Assembly: GCA_963169345.1 (NCBI GenBank)
Contig: CAUJCT010000006.1
Location: forward strand, 22,819-86,818
Origin: Bacteroidota bacterium
Lineage (GTDB): Bacteria > Bacteroidota > Bacteroidia > NS11-12g > UBA955
Direction of reading: 5' to 3'
Length of the DNA stretch: 64,000 nt
Below are positions 29,688 to 38,492 of this stretch, in pieces (position 1 is the first letter of the stretch; each line of letters starts with the position of its first letter). The position numbers and the translations under genes are program-made. The notes under the pieces are model-generated. The model saw only the letters and a program-made list of their open reading frames with translations, was not told where the DNA came from and ran no database searches.

Positions 29688-29710
29688 AAATATCATAATA
29701 ATGGATATTT
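29688..29710. promoter_or_regulatory. Palindrome AAATATC-N9-GATATTT in the divergent promoter region; candidate Rrf2 operator
   Basis: Perfect 7-bp inverted arms read from the sequence, 33-55 nt upstream of the Rrf2 ATG (29655). Confidence 0.3.
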
Positions 29711-29729
29711 TTGTCTTTTTTTTAAAAGC

Positions 29730-30314
29730 ATGATTTCAAACATAAAATCAGATAAAAAATTACTGAGAATTCAAATGTTGCAAAAGCGCAATCAAATGGA
29801 TAAGGAAAAGAAAACCGAATATGACATAAGAATATGTCAATTGCTACTTGATTATATAGAAATGCATTCAATCAAAGTAGTACATGCTTATATTCCAATG
29901 GCTGGAGAGATAGATATAAAAACATTACTAGAGATATTATTGTCCAGGAATATCACTGTAGTTTGTTCTAAAACCTTACCCAAAAGACAGCTTGAAAACA
30001 GGATTTTAAAAGACCTATACGATCTTGAAACTGGAATCAAAGGTACCTTACATCCTAAGGAAGCCGACATCTACTACGGCACTTATCAATTAATTATTGT
30101 TCCCGGCTTGGCATTCGATGACAATTTATATCGTCTTGGATATGGTGGAGCTTATTACGACACTTTTATCCGTTCACAAAAAGGTGCTAAAACAATTGGC
30201 ATCTTTTATCCATTCCAGAAAATTGAAAATGTTCCGATTGAACATCATGACTTACAATTAAATTCAATTTTAACTTTAGATGACCACTTACAGGAGCAAA
30301 TGATACAATCTTAG
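29730..30314 (+). CDS. 5-formyltetrahydrofolate cyclo-ligase (MTHFS)
   Basis: Typical size (194 aa) and C-terminal block …GLAFDDNLYRLGYGGAYYD…. Confidence 0.75.
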   Translation: MISNIKSDKKLLRIQMLQKRNQMDKEKKTEYDIRICQLLLDYIEMHSIKVVHAYIPMAGEIDIKTLLEILLSRNITVVCSKTLPKRQLENRILKDLYDLETGIKGTLHPKEADIYYGTYQLIIVPGLAFDDNLYRLGYGGAYYDTFIRSQKGAKTIGIFYPFQKIENVPIEHHDLQLNSILTLDDHLQEQMIQS

Positions 30315-30581
30315 GCTGTAACCATAAGTGCATGGGCATACAGTTTATTCCTTATATTTAAGTTCTCTTTCATCATCTATTCAACACAAAGATCCTTGAT
30401 TTAATTTGATGTTGTGAATGCTAATAGTGGAATGGAGAGATAGAGAGAAATAATGATTTTCTTGATTCATTAATTTTATTAAAGCACATATTTGAATACA
30501 TCTCAACAAAGATCAAAATCAAGTCTTGGGTTGTTTATTCCGATTTGTTTATGTTTGTGAAAGGCAGAAACTTTAAAAAAC

Positions 30582-31742
30582 ATGTCAGACGAACTAAACT
30601 GGGGTTATGAAATGCATGATTTTAGTGCCATTGAGGCTACTTTGAAGAAATTTCATCCTATTGAAAACTCTTATCAGTACAATAGTGAAAATATTGAAGC
30701 GTTTAGAGGGTATAAAGATATTCAGGAAATCATCCATGATAATTTTTTGACGACAAAGAGCTATAAGGAACGTTGGGTTCTTTTCAAGAAGTTTTTAGAA
30801 AAGGCATTGAAAAAACCTGTAGAGGAATTGATGACTATTAGCTATCCTTGTTATTCCGGGAGTGTTACTTTAGAGAAAGAAACACATAAGAACATCAGTC
30901 ACACTAAAGAATTACACTTTTTTATAAGCTTATTAGGTCCATATTATTCTATATTGGGATTTGACAAATGTAGTATCAGATTGAAACAAAATACACTCCC
31001 ATTTGAAATAGAAAAGGCGCATATGGAAAGAGTCTTTCATGAAGATCTTGCCGTAATAGTTTCTCCATACCTTGAATTTGAAGAGCCATTCATTCAAATG
31101 CAAAAGAAGATTTTGGAATATTTTCCTGATTTGAAGTTTATACCTTTTAAAATAAATCAGATAAAAATTAATGGTAGTACTCTTTTATTCAGAGAAGATG
31201 TACCACTGTTTAAACATTCCGTCTTTAGCGCCTTATTTCAACCTGAAAATTTATTTCATTCTGATTTTCTCGAATCAGCGAAAAAGATAAGGGGTGATAT
31301 TTTCTTTGGATTGGACGAATGGGCGAAAATCAAAAAGCCGAATAAAAGCAGGTTGGAAGAAATCAGGAACATTCTGCTGAAAAATTCATTAAATAATAAA
31401 TCAGTTAAAACCTTTCATAAAGTATGGATGCTGAAGTACGCAACTAAACTTCCCAACAAATACAATGGCATGTTAATGCTACTGAGTCCACCAGTGGTAA
31501 TGGATTTGACAGATGAAAATACTGCAACAATTATTTCACAGGAAAATGAGGAACCGACAATTTCAAAGTACTCGATCATTGACCATGAAATTGTAATTGA
31601 CACTTTCCAGTTCACAGCTGGATTGAGAATAAAACTATTAGAAAAGAAGCAATTAATATTAATACTATTTGTCAACTACCATGATGGCGAAAAAACATTA
31701 AGAGCTGATATCCTGGAATTGACTTATGTCGAATATCGATAA
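30582..31742 (+). CDS. Hypothetical protein (386 aa), no recognisable domain
   Basis: Long clean ORF with no recognisable motifs. Orphan orientation. Confidence 0.4.
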   Translation: MSDELNWGYEMHDFSAIEATLKKFHPIENSYQYNSENIEAFRGYKDIQEIIHDNFLTTKSYKERWVLFKKFLEKALKKPVEELMTISYPCYSGSVTLEKETHKNISHTKELHFFISLLGPYYSILGFDKCSIRLKQNTLPFEIEKAHMERVFHEDLAVIVSPYLEFEEPFIQMQKKILEYFPDLKFIPFKINQIKINGSTLLFREDVPLFKHSVFSALFQPENLFHSDFLESAKKIRGDIFFGLDEWAKIKKPNKSRLEEIRNILLKNSLNNKSVKTFHKVWMLKYATKLPNKYNGMLMLLSPPVVMDLTDENTATIISQENEEPTISKYSIIDHEIVIDTFQFTAGLRIKLLEKKQLILILFVNYHDGEKTLRADILELTYVEYR

Positions 31743-32040
31743 TAATAATTACTACAGTTTAATTATAAACCAATAAGATTTGAGCCATTTCACGACGATG
31801 GAACAATGGAAAATTTAACTCCATAAAATCACAACGCAATCGTTATTAGTCGATACTTAAGAATTACAATATCATAGTAATGATGCTGTATTGATTCACA
31901 AGATGTTCGTATAATGGTGATTGAAATCTGCAAAGTATGAAAAAATTTTGCTAAAAAGTTTGAAGAATTATGTTAGGAAAATCACCCAATCAAAATCAGA
32001 TGAACCTGTTTAAGCCTGTCCTGAAACATATCATCAATCC

Positions 32041-32388
32041 TCAGGATCCACTAGTGATTCTAAGTTCAGATAACCTATATTCAGTAGCAAGAACAGCCAA
32101 ATACCATCCATGATTAAAGTTCGCATCCCCAAATGTAAGCCTGCCTTTAATTTTGGGTCTCAAGGTAGCGTCAAAATTTAATGGCTTAACATCAAATAAG
32201 GTCTCAGGCTGAATATTCTCAAATGGAATCGATTGCCCAAAACCTGATCCTATCAATGTAAAGTGCTTTCTAAATCTATCTCTATAATCCCAATAAGTCT
32301 TTTGAAGAGATTGGTTTGTATATGTTTGCGAATAAGAATATTCTTGTATTAAAGAAATAAACAAGAAAAATAAGTATTTCCTTTGCAT
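32041..32388 (-). CDS. Hypothetical secreted protein (115 aa), possibly truncated; the C-terminus TSGS-stop is encoded by ACTAGTGGATCCTGA
   Basis: Signal-like N-terminus. The ORF ends in a SpeI-BamHI-like 12-mer. Confidence 0.3.
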   Translation of the reverse strand: MQRKYLFFLFISLIQEYSYSQTYTNQSLQKTYWDYRDRFRKHFTLIGSGFGQSIPFENIQPETLFDVKPLNFDATLRPKIKGRLTFGDANFNHGWYLAVLATEYRLSELRITSGS

Positions 32389-32425
32389 AGCTTTAGTCTA
32401 TAAAAAAGTATTAATTAGTGACTCA

Positions 32426-33193
32426 TTAATATTTGACGATTTGACTTGTTTTAAGATTCCAAAAGGCGGAATCCATTCCGTTTTTGAGATTCGTCTTATA
32501 TTTAATCTGAATTAGACCCACACCCCTTGCCCAATAATAACTTGAATAAGGCGCAGTGCCATTAATTATTCCCCATACTAATTTTGATTCATCCCAATTT
32601 GGTAAACCTTCGTCCAGTTCTTGATCAAACCTGTATACATCGTAATAGGTTATTCCATTTACTTGCATGGATGGAAAATAGTCAGAATAGGGCATGTCTT
32701 GCTTCCAAGGGAACTTGAATATGCCTCTACTAAAATCGCGTTGAATAACACGTGAAGTATCCATTGTTGGGCAATCAATACATCCACTTGCGGTACTATA
32801 AGAAACATACCCAAATCTGTGTCGGGTATAAATAACATAGTTTATTTTTTCATAGGTAAACCACCTCTTGAACATCGGATGCTCATAAAACATTGTGACT
32901 GTGTCCCTTTCAATAGAAGTCAGAATACATGTGTCCAGTTCACCTGTCCTATTATTTTCATATATCCAATAGGTGCCTGGCTTAAACCAAAAATAGTCAG
33001 TATATTTACCGAAATAGAATGGCCCCAAATGCTGTTCTTCCTTCGGTTTGGATTCAGGTTTGCATGACATAAAACTAATACATGCTAAAGCACAGATTGC
33101 TATTAATTGCTTACTCCAATACCCTCTTAATAAATAGCTATAGCTAGATTTAATTTTTAAAAAAAAGATGGTATCGTAATATGTTTTTAACAT
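32426..33193 (-). CDS. Hypothetical lipoprotein (255 aa)
   Basis: Lipobox-like …ACISFMSC. Trp/Tyr-rich. No known motif. Confidence 0.4.
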   Translation of the reverse strand: MLKTYYDTIFFLKIKSSYSYLLRGYWSKQLIAICALACISFMSCKPESKPKEEQHLGPFYFGKYTDYFWFKPGTYWIYENNRTGELDTCILTSIERDTVTMFYEHPMFKRWFTYEKINYVIYTRHRFGYVSYSTASGCIDCPTMDTSRVIQRDFSRGIFKFPWKQDMPYSDYFPSMQVNGITYYDVYRFDQELDEGLPNWDESKLVWGIINGTAPYSSYYWARGVGLIQIKYKTNLKNGMDSAFWNLKTSQIVKY

Positions 33194-34063
33194 TGTAAAT
33201 ATTTAAGAATTTGGGGCACCAAAAAAATGGTGCAAGTTTATAGTTTTAAATGGCAGAATTTGATTTAAAACAAAGCTAATTTTAAAACATATAGTATCAA
33301 AGAATTTTCTCAATTATTTATATATGCCTGGATATCTGTGAAACAAGCGCAATATATTATTGAGAAAGGCGATCAGTATCATTCTTTTGGGTTATAGAAA
33401 CCCAGTTCTATTATCCTGAAAACAGTCATGAATGATTTAATATTAGCTAAAATTTTGCTAATCAAAGGGTCAGTCATATTTGTCTTAGTCTCTTAATTCT
33501 TGGACTGTATTTCCAAAATGATTTAGGGTCACTGAGAAAGTCGTAATTTATTGACTTTGGAAAACTCCAATAATGACCTTTATATTTTCAGAACCCACTA
33601 CTAACATACTAACACCCCATTTGTTCGTTAGCATTGTTAGCATCTGTTAGTATTATTTTTTTCTCTAAATGGTTAAGGTATATATTTTCGCACCCCTTTA
33701 TGAATTTTACAGACGATAGCTTTGAAGTATTAAAAAACCGATACTTACAAAAAATAAGGTTTGCCAGAAATAAATTCCTTAATGATGCAAGGAATACCGA
33801 CACGGCAGCCGAAGCTTTTGGCCTTAGTTTTTTAATTACGATTAATCTTCCAATGGATGAATTAAACACAAATTCATTATATAGGAATTATTATCCCAAA
33901 GATCCTATGTTAAAAAATCAAATCAGGACTAAAAAAGAATGGTAAACTAATTTCTAGATTGAACAATTAAACAGTAAACTTTTTTTAGGACGAGTCATTA
34001 AATATCAGCCCCAGTAGCAGATCCCTCACTCCGTTGCGGGAACGCTACAGGGCAACAAAAACT

Positions 34064-34088
34064 AAAAAACCCGCTTGATGCGGGTTTT
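34064..34088. terminator. Rho-independent terminator downstream of tRNA-Val; bidirectional in form
   Basis: A6-CCCGC-TTGAT-GCGGG-T4. Confidence 0.7.
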
Positions 34089-34101
34089 AAGTTTTTGTAA
34101 G

Positions 34102-34176
34102 TGGGCAATACTGGGTTCGAACCAGTGACCCCTACCTTGTCGAGGTAGTGCTCTAAACCAGCTGAGCTAATTGCCC
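34102..34176 (-). tRNA. tRNA-Val (anticodon GAC) with an unusual C at position 33
   Basis: Hand fold: acceptor GGGCAAT/ATTGCCC, D-arm GCTC…GAGC, anticodon stem CTACC/GGTAG, loop TCGACAA, T-arm ACTGG-TTCGAAC-CCAGT, discriminator A. Confidence 0.7.
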
Positions 34177-34408
34177 TTTTTATTTATTCCATTCAACCAG
34201 TGACCCCAAATCCGCCTCAGGCCAGCCTTTGCTCCCTGGTCCGCCTTATGCGGACTAAACCTCCCGACAACATTCGGGAGAGCTAATTGCCCTTTTTTAT
34301 TTATTCCATTCAACCAGTGACCCTAATCCGCCTCAGTTCAGCCTTTGCTCCCTGGTCCGCCTTATGCGGATTAAACCTCCCGACTCCATTCGGGAGACCT
34401 AATTGCCC
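34177..34408 (-). repeat. Two tandem 116-bp repeats, about 90% identical. Each begins (on the minus strand) with the tRNA-Val 5' end (GGGCAATTAGSTC), then roughly 75 nt with several hairpins, and ends with the tRNA T-arm-like GGGGTCACTGGTT and an A-rich tail.
   Basis: The string ctaattgccc recurs at 34167, 34283 and 34399, a 116-bp period. Internal hairpins CTCCCGA/TCGGGAG and TCCGC/GCGGA. Confidence 0.75.
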
Positions 34409-34782
34409 TCTTAAAAAGGACTGCAAATATAAATTTTACCTCACATTTTTCACAATCCCATTTTTAAAATATTTCTGTACGCATTCTTCTACTATCAACG
34501 CTTGTGTATTATATAAAACTCATTTATGCGAATGATAACTATCTTTAAATATATTTATGTTATTCAGGTTGACTATTAAATTTATTTACCAATGATTCAT
34601 TTATATTAAAACTACATTTATTAAACATTAATTTAATTGATTATCAAAATCTAACGTAAAACACCCATTTTTTAATGCCATTTTAATGTGTCAGCTTCTT
34701 GTCAACTTTGTGTAATCTTTTATTCACAATGAGCAACAATTCCAAATTCTCTTTGTAATTTTATAAAAGTAATTACAAACTT

Positions 34783-37700
34783 ATGTTGAATCAATACATG
34801 AAACCGTTTCTGTTTTGCTTTCTAATGGCTTGGTCGGTCGTCCAGGCTCAGCAAAACATTGCGCCCCAGGCTACAGTTACAGCCAGCACTTGTAACACCG
34901 GGGCTTGCGCTACTCTTAACGACTTAAATTTCGGTACTTGTGGTACGCAGATTATGTGGATCACAACCAATACGCCTCCCAGCACTGTTCCAGGTGACAA
35001 CTGGATTCAATGGGACTGGACCAGCCCGAAAGTAGTTAACCGCTTTACCATTCACCATGCTCAAACCAATACCCGCTTCCTCGCAGGTGGTCGTATTGAG
35101 TACTGGAATGGAAGCGCCTGGGTGTTTGTCTCCACATTCGCCAATCTGACTCCTGCCTGCAGCAGCACTGTTAATTTCCCGACTACTACTGCCAGCAGAA
35201 TCAGAATCACATCTTTTACTATGAGCGGTACTCAGTTGTCTAATCCTAACTTCCGTGAAATTGAAGTTTTTGGTCCTACCGTCAACAACGATGCCGCAGT
35301 TACCGCATTAACCAATTTCAACACCTGTATCTATGCTCAGAAAATAGATGCAACTGTTTCCAATCTCGGTAAAAAAAGACTGGATAGCTTCCGCCTGCAT
35401 TGGTCGGTCAACAACGTCTTTCAAGGCACTCAATACATCAACAGCAGTCTGAATACCGGTCAGTCTGCTACCTATAATTTAAGTGCGTCCTTTACTTTCA
35501 CTGCCAGTACGCAGTACACCATAAAAGCATGGACTACTACACCCAATGGAACTGTAGATTCATTGCCAAGTAACGACGAATTTACCAGTGTCTTTAACTT
35601 TATGGGCTCTCCTGCCAATCCCAGTGTCACTAACTTTGTACAATGCGGGCGAAACTTCCCTACCCTATCTGCTACCACCAGTAATCCGGCTGACTCCATA
35701 TTCTGGTACGATGCCGCATCGGGTGGTAACCTCTTAGGTTTTGGAAAAACAATTAAAGGCCCTTATACTGTAGCCACCCGAACATTCTACGCTGAAGCAG
35801 CCAAATTGAGCAGTAATTTATGGGTATCAACTACAGGTACTACCGGCGTCAATGTACGTCAGACTGAACCTTACGGCGGCATGCAAACTATTACAGTTAA
35901 CAAGCAGGTCATGCTCGACAGTATTCAATTCCGTTTATGGTATGCAACACCAATCAACGTTGGATATCAACTTTACTACAAAGTGGGTGCTCATACTGGC
36001 TTCCTTACTACTCCTGGTGCCTGGACTAAGATAAACGAAGGTGTTGCAACCTATGTAACTCAAGGCGGATTAAATTATGGAAGAGTATCAGCCAAAAACC
36101 TCAACTTACCTCCGGGAACTTATAGTTTCTATTTAACTACCGATCTGGATTTTGGAACCGGTAATTCACTGTATAGTGTTAGTGCAGGACCGGGAGCTTC
36201 CAATGCCGATATCTCCATTTTATCCGGTGGTAACATCATCATTGGTAAATTTGGATCTACACAAACTTTGACCTATCAGCCTGAATTGCGTTACATTTAC
36301 AAAAATCAATGTGTATCTACGGGCAGAACCGGCTTAACAGTCACTGTTAAACCTACACCAATTGGTGCTTCTGTAATTAAAGGAGGAGGTTTTCAGGGAC
36401 AATTCAGAAACGGCAATGTGTCCGATCCTGATGTGATTGAACTTAATAAAAATTTAACTTACGAATTAACACCACCAAGTGGCTTTAATAACATCGACCA
36501 TGGCTCAACCTGGTTTATTTCCAATGTAACTGCAAGAACTCAATTCAATGTCATTGTACCTTCCTCAGATTATACGGTTAACTACCCAGGCAGTGGAAAT
36601 GGTGGCTCAATCGTGTTCAACCCTAAATCAAAATGGTTAGACAGTTTAATCACTTTCTCAATTAAAATAGCTGATTTAGGTCCTCATTTCTGCGACTCCA
36701 CAGTAACAAGAACTGTTTATGTTGCTCCTACACCAAAACCTAATTTCACTTTCCCTGCATCTATATGCCTAGGTGAAACAACTTTATTCGAGAATCTGAG
36801 TACCATACATTCAGGATTTTCAAATTTCAAATGGTACTTCGGTGATGGTGATTCTTCCGACTTCAACTCACCTGTCCATGAATACAAAGCTGCAGGGCCT
36901 TATTATGTAAGGATTGTTGCTAAATCATTCAAATGGAGCATAGTGAAAGATACAACCATACTGATAAATATAGGTGAAGTCCCTCAGGTAGACTTTAAAG
37001 TTAAAAATGCTTGTCAGGGTGCTGATATTGTATTAACCAACAATACAATTATTGGTAATGGCGTATTATCCTATGAATGGAATATGGGCGATAATTCACC
37101 AATCTTAACCACCTTGAATGTTACTAAACAATACACCAATCCAGGTCCATACAAAGTTACTTTAACAGCTTCTGCCAATGGTTGTGCTGCATCTAAATCA
37201 AAAGTGGTTTACCAGTTTGCAAAACCAAAGGCCAACTTTAACTTAATTGATGGCCAATGTCTCAACGATAAGTTTAAATTCAACAATACTTCAACTATTA
37301 GTATTGGTCAGTTTGGCAACAAATGGGATTTCAACGATCAGGGTAATATTGCCAGTGATTTTAACACCGATTACAGCTTTACATCATCGGGTACTAAAAA
37401 TGTTAAACTAACTGTTGTATCTGAATTCGGATGCCTGGATTCAATTACTAAACCAATAGTGGTTAAACAAACACCAAGCTCAGATTTCAGTTATCCATTT
37501 GCCTGCGACAGAACCGCAACTCCTTTCACCAACTTAACTAACCTGAATGGTGAGAACGTATTAAGGTACGACTGGAGTTTCGGCAACAATATAACATCTA
37601 CTCAAACAAGCCCGAATGTCAACTGGCCAGGAACAGGAAAAAGAAATGTCAGTTTAAAAACTACATTAACCAACGGATGCAGTGACATCATCACTAAGGA

Positions 37701-38481
37701 AATATTTGTTGGAGTTCAACCAAAAGCTGACTTCGAATTTGAAGATAAATGTTCAAACGAACCAGTAACATTTACTAATCTTACCACATTCACCAATGGT
37801 AAAATCAACTATGAATGGAATTTTGGAGATCAAAACAAGAGTCAGGTAGCCTCTCCAGTTCACCAGTACGACCCTGTTACCGGTTCTCAAACCTATTTTG
37901 TTCAGTTGAAAGCCAGTATCGAAGGCGGTTGTCAGGATAGCATCATCAAAGGCGTTCAGATTAACCCGCTTCCAACTACCTGCGACTTCAACATCCAGAG
38001 AAACTGGTCAGTTAATTCGCGCAATTACGTCTTCACACCAACCGGAGGAAGTACACAAGGCATCAATTACACATGGATATTAGGCGATGGTAATAAGAAA
38101 ACCAGTGTTGCCTCAGGTACTGACTACACTTATAAAGGTAACATCAAATATTGCATTACAATGATTGCTTCCAATGCCGGAGGTTGCGAATGTTCTACAA
38201 CAAAATGCATCACAGTCAATACCAGTATTGAGAATAATTCTGCCTTTAGCGCATTCAATGTATATCCGAACCCAAGTGATGGTATTTTCACTATACAATC
38301 TGAGGGACAATCTGAGTATACAGTACAAATCTTTAATTCAATTGGTGAATTAATTTTAGAAAGAACTGTTACTAATTCAGAAGAAATATTTGACCTCAGT
38401 TCAGAAGCTTCAGGTGTTTATACAGTAAAAATTGTAAGCACTGAAGGCGTAGCCACTCACAAAATAACCATCACACACTAA
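34783..38481 (+). CDS. Giant secreted T9SS cargo protein (1232 aa) with multiple PKD domains and a C-terminal Por_Secre_tail
   Basis: Signal peptide …AWSVVQAQ. At least six PKD motifs (WYFGDGDSS…HEY, WNMGDNSP…, WDFNDQGN…, WSFGNN…, WNFGDQN…, WILGDGN…). C-terminus …VYPNPSDGIFTIQ…SGVYTVKIVSTEGVATHKITITH. Confidence 0.85.
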   Translation: MLNQYMKPFLFCFLMAWSVVQAQQNIAPQATVTASTCNTGACATLNDLNFGTCGTQIMWITTNTPPSTVPGDNWIQWDWTSPKVVNRFTIHHAQTNTRFLAGGRIEYWNGSAWVFVSTFANLTPACSSTVNFPTTTASRIRITSFTMSGTQLSNPNFREIEVFGPTVNNDAAVTALTNFNTCIYAQKIDATVSNLGKKRLDSFRLHWSVNNVFQGTQYINSSLNTGQSATYNLSASFTFTASTQYTIKAWTTTPNGTVDSLPSNDEFTSVFNFMGSPANPSVTNFVQCGRNFPTLSATTSNPADSIFWYDAASGGNLLGFGKTIKGPYTVATRTFYAEAAKLSSNLWVSTTGTTGVNVRQTEPYGGMQTITVNKQVMLDSIQFRLWYATPINVGYQLYYKVGAHTGFLTTPGAWTKINEGVATYVTQGGLNYGRVSAKNLNLPPGTYSFYLTTDLDFGTGNSLYSVSAGPGASNADISILSGGNIIIGKFGSTQTLTYQPELRYIYKNQCVSTGRTGLTVTVKPTPIGASVIKGGGFQGQFRNGNVSDPDVIELNKNLTYELTPPSGFNNIDHGSTWFISNVTARTQFNVIVPSSDYTVNYPGSGNGGSIVFNPKSKWLDSLITFSIKIADLGPHFCDSTVTRTVYVAPTPKPNFTFPASICLGETTLFENLSTIHSGFSNFKWYFGDGDSSDFNSPVHEYKAAGPYYVRIVAKSFKWSIVKDTTILINIGEVPQVDFKVKNACQGADIVLTNNTIIGNGVLSYEWNMGDNSPILTTLNVTKQYTNPGPYKVTLTASANGCAASKSKVVYQFAKPKANFNLIDGQCLNDKFKFNNTSTISIGQFGNKWDFNDQGNIASDFNTDYSFTSSGTKNVKLTVVSEFGCLDSITKPIVVKQTPSSDFSYPFACDRTATPFTNLTNLNGENVLRYDWSFGNNITSTQTSPNVNWPGTGKRNVSLKTTLTNGCSDIITKEIFVGVQPKADFEFEDKCSNEPVTFTNLTTFTNGKINYEWNFGDQNKSQVASPVHQYDPVTGSQTYFVQLKASIEGGCQDSIIKGVQINPLPTTCDFNIQRNWSVNSRNYVFTPTGGSTQGINYTWILGDGNKKTSVASGTDYTYKGNIKYCITMIASNAGGCECSTTKCITVNTSIENNSAFSAFNVYPNPSDGIFTIQSEGQSEYTVQIFNSIGELILERTVTNSEEIFDLSSEASGVYTVKIVSTEGVATHKITITH

Positions 38482-38492
38482 TCAATCTCCTC

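Noticed and set aside
34287-34535. 82-aa ORF upstream of tRNA-Val
   Set aside because: Lies entirely in the 116-bp tandem tRNA-derived repeats. Its low-complexity translation is a repeat artefact.
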